Shown: piece by piece, positions 61,709 through 64,000 of the stretch
How positions within the stretch are numbered: the stretch's first letter is position 1
Layout: every line of letters starts with the position of its first letter
Assembly (NCBI GenBank): GCA_903878805.1
Contig: CAIRJF010000014.1
Coordinates: 18,426-82,425 of the forward strand
Length of the DNA: 64,000 bases
Direction of reading: 5' to 3'
Origin: an uncultured Verrucomicrobia subdivision 3 bacterium
GTDB taxonomy: Bacteria > Verrucomicrobiota > Verrucomicrobiia > Limisphaerales > UBA11358
Translations under genes and position numbers: made by a program
The notes under the pieces: generated by a model
Database searches by the model: none
Told to the model about the DNA's origin: nothing
What the model saw: the letters and a program-made list of their open reading frames with translations, nothing else

Positions 61709-63526
61709 ATGAAACGCACGCACCATTCCAACGAACTGCGCCCGGCTCACATCGGGCAAACCGTCACGCTTTCCGGCTGGGTTCATTCCCGCCGCGATCT
61801 CGGCGGTCTCATCTTCATCGACATCCGCGACCGCGAAGGCCGCACGCAAACGGTTTTTGATCCTAGCGATTTGACGCCGGAACTGTTCGCGCAAGCCGCG
61901 TCGCTCCGCAGCGAATGTGTTGTCAGCATCACCGGCAAAGTCCGGCAACGTCCCGAAGGCACGAACAATGCAAAAATTCCGACAGGCGAAATCGAAGTCG
62001 GCGTGACCGCGCTCGAAGTGCTGAACATGGCGGAAGTGCTGCCGTTCGCGGTGGACGATCCCGAAGTCGCCAGCAAGGTGAACGAGGAATTGCGTTTGCA
62101 GTATCGCTATCTCGATTTGCGCCGTCCCGAAATGGCGCGCAACCTGAAAGTGCGTAGCAAAGTCGCCATCGCCACGCGCAGCTACATGGACGAGCAAGGC
62201 TTCCTCGAAGTCGAGACGCCCACACTGTTCAAGTCCACGCCCGAAGGGGCGCGGGAATTTCTCGTGCCGAACCGCCGCGAAGCCGGCACGTTTTACGCGC
62301 TCCCGCAATCGCCGCAGCAGTTCAAACAAATTTTGATGGTCGCCGGCGTGGAAAAATATTTCCAGCTCGCGCGCTGCTATCGCGACGAAGATTTGCGTGC
62401 CGACCGCCAGCCCGAGTTCACACAAGTGGACATCGAGATGAGTTTCATTGACCGCGAAGACATTTATTCGCTCATCGAAGGCTTGCTCAAACGCGTCTGG
62501 AAAACTGCGCTGAACCTTGATGTGCCCACGCCGTTCAAGCGGATTTCATTTGAAGAAGCGTTGAACCGTTTTGGCATTGATAAGCCGGACACGCGTTTCG
62601 GCATGGAACTGGTGGACATGACGGAAGATTTTCGCGCGAGCACATTCAAAGTTTTTTCCGGCACAATCGCCAATGGCGGCGTGGTAAAAGCGCTCAACGC
62701 AAAAGGCATGGCCGGCGCAACGCAAGGCCAGATTGAAACGATGACCGAATACGCCAAGAGTTTTGGTGCGAAGGGACTCGCGTTCATAAAGGTGGAAGGT
62801 GGTGAATGGAAATCGCCCATCGTGAAATTCTTCAGCGAAGCCGAAAAAGCCGCACTTACGTCCAAACTGAAAATTGAAGAAGGCGATTTGATTCTCTTCG
62901 CCGCCGACCAATGGCTCAACGCCTGCGAAATTCTCGGTAAAATCCGTCTCTATTGCGCCGACGTGCTCAAGACGCAGGGCAAACTCGTGATTGATCCGAA
63001 GCAATTTAATTTTCTCTGGGTCATCGAATTTCCACTGCTCGGCTTCGACCGCGAGAACAACCGCTGGTATTCCAGCCATCATCCGTTTACCGCGCCCGTG
63101 GCCGAAGACATCGCGCTGCTCAAAACCGACCCGAAAAAAGTCCGCGGCCAGCATTACGACGTGGTCGTCAACGGCGTCGAACTCGGTGGCGGCTCCATTC
63201 GTATTCATCAGCCTGACGTGCAGAAAACTATTTTTGAGGAACTGCTCGCCATTCCGCCGGAAGAAACGAAACTGCGTTTCGGCTACATGCTCGATGCGTT
63301 CAAATACGGCGCACCGCCGCACGGCGGCATCGCGCTGGGATTTGACCGGCTGATTGCGATTCTCTGTGGCACGTCCAGCATCCGCGACGTCATCGCCTTC
63401 CCAAAGACGGCGAAAGGCACGGACTTGATGACCGATTCGCCCTCGACCGTTTCGCCGAAACAATTGCGCGAACTTTATCTTGAAGTGAAGGTGAAGCCGC
63501 CGACACCGCCGCCGGCCAAGCCGTAG
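61709..63526 (+). CDS. aspS: Aspartate--tRNA ligase
   Basis: LSGWVHSRRDLGGLIFIDIRD, FYALPQSPQQFKQ, RCYRDEDLRADRQPEFTQVD, GGGSIRIH, GGIALGFDR. Confidence 0.95.
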   Translation: MKRTHHSNELRPAHIGQTVTLSGWVHSRRDLGGLIFIDIRDREGRTQTVFDPSDLTPELFAQAASLRSECVVSITGKVRQRPEGTNNAKIPTGEIEVGVTALEVLNMAEVLPFAVDDPEVASKVNEELRLQYRYLDLRRPEMARNLKVRSKVAIATRSYMDEQGFLEVETPTLFKSTPEGAREFLVPNRREAGTFYALPQSPQQFKQILMVAGVEKYFQLARCYRDEDLRADRQPEFTQVDIEMSFIDREDIYSLIEGLLKRVWKTALNLDVPTPFKRISFEEALNRFGIDKPDTRFGMELVDMTEDFRASTFKVFSGTIANGGVVKALNAKGMAGATQGQIETMTEYAKSFGAKGLAFIKVEGGEWKSPIVKFFSEAEKAALTSKLKIEEGDLILFAADQWLNACEILGKIRLYCADVLKTQGKLVIDPKQFNFLWVIEFPLLGFDRENNRWYSSHHPFTAPVAEDIALLKTDPKKVRGQHYDVVVNGVELGGGSIRIHQPDVQKTIFEELLAIPPEETKLRFGYMLDAFKYGAPPHGGIALGFDRLIAILCGTSSIRDVIAFPKTAKGTDLMTDSPSTVSPKQLRELYLEVKVKPPTPPPAKP

Positions 63527-63550
63527 TCAAAAATAGGTGCTGACTTGGAA

Positions 63551-64000
63551 ATGATGGATTGGAGCAAATTAAGCCGGTCTTTCATTCGCGTCTTGCAACT
63601 GCTCGTCATCGCGTATCTGCTCTTGCTGCTGGCGGTGTGGATTTTTCAGCGCCGCCTGATTTATTTCCCGACGAAAATTCCTGCGGACATCGTTGTGCAG
63701 GCTGGTGCAGAACACGGCTTCATTCCGTGGAAAAATTCTTCCGGCCAGATCATCGGCTGGAAAATTCCGGCAAGCGGAGCCGTAGTCGGCAGTGTCCTGA
63801 TTGTCCACGGCAACGCCGGTTGCGCCATTGATCGAAACTACCTTGCGCAGCCGGTTCACGACGCGGTGTCCGCAGACGTTTTTGTTATGGAGTATCCCGG
63901 CTACGGCGCGCGCGAAGGTTCGCCCGACAAAAAAAGTTTTGTGGCTGCGGCGGAAGAGGCGTTTCGACTTTTACCAACCAACGCACCGCGCTACGTCGTG
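63551..64000 (+). CDS. Alpha/beta hydrolase, N-terminal part (3' end outside window)
   Basis: ATG at 63551, frame open to the window end. MMDWSKLSRSFIRVLQLLVIAYLLLLLAVWIFQRRLIYFP...VLIVHGNAGC...MEYPGYGAREG is typical of BAAT/abhydrolase-type proteins. Confidence 0.7.
   Translation, partial: MMDWSKLSRSFIRVLQLLVIAYLLLLLAVWIFQRRLIYFPTKIPADIVVQAGAEHGFIPWKNSSGQIIGWKIPASGAVVGSVLIVHGNAGCAIDRNYLAQPVHDAVSADVFVMEYPGYGAREGSPDKKSFVAAAEEAFRLLPTNAPRYVV

Overview
High-GC (roughly 60% by eye) bacterial chromosomal segment. The gene content points to a Verrucomicrobiota-like (PVC) organism, though this is inference only: a prepilin-type/DUF1559-like protein, giant Ig- and HID-like-repeat secreted proteins with FY(R/Y)-type C-termini, and a divergent FtsZ inside a dcw cluster. 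I call about 70 protein-coding genes. I recognised no rRNA, tRNA or CRISPR array. Layout: (1) scpA 3' end, an OPT transporter operon, and three translationally coupled CNNM/CorC-family paralogs. (2) A ~3.7 kb decayed integrative element sits in the 5' end of msrA. It has imperfect 40-bp direct repeats, a displaced msrA 5' remnant and a tyrosine integrase frameshifted just before its catalytic Tyr. It also carries a divergent pair of paralogous RHH proteins around a palindromic operator, a fragmented FN3-like ORF, and an intact secreted IPT-collagen-C1q/BclA-like protein. (3) Envelope and housekeeping genes (ArnT-like GT, PAP2, upp, sppA, AKR, ogt, acid phosphatase), plus a prepilin-like gene divergent from a 1499-aa secreted repeat protein. 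(4) ribD-like, queA, then a dcw cluster mraZ..ftsZ that lacks murE, murD and murC at their canonical slots. This cluster carries five non-canonical inserts: a Pro-rich ORF, a SIMPL protein, a low-GC orphan, a LysM protein and an RHH antitoxin-like ORF overlapping ddl. Its FtsZ has degenerate GTP-binding and T7 motifs. (5) A zinc-sparing neighbourhood: folE2 (behind a leader terminator), Cys-less dksA, Cys-less rpmG, rpsR, a ZIP transporter and a Fur/Zur regulator. (6) The prmA-rph operon, a 9x Ig-repeat protein that is 5'-truncated head-to-head against another truncated ORF, a DHH phosphoesterase, aspS, and a partial alpha/beta hydrolase. All functional calls come from motif and family recognition by eye. 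No searches were run.
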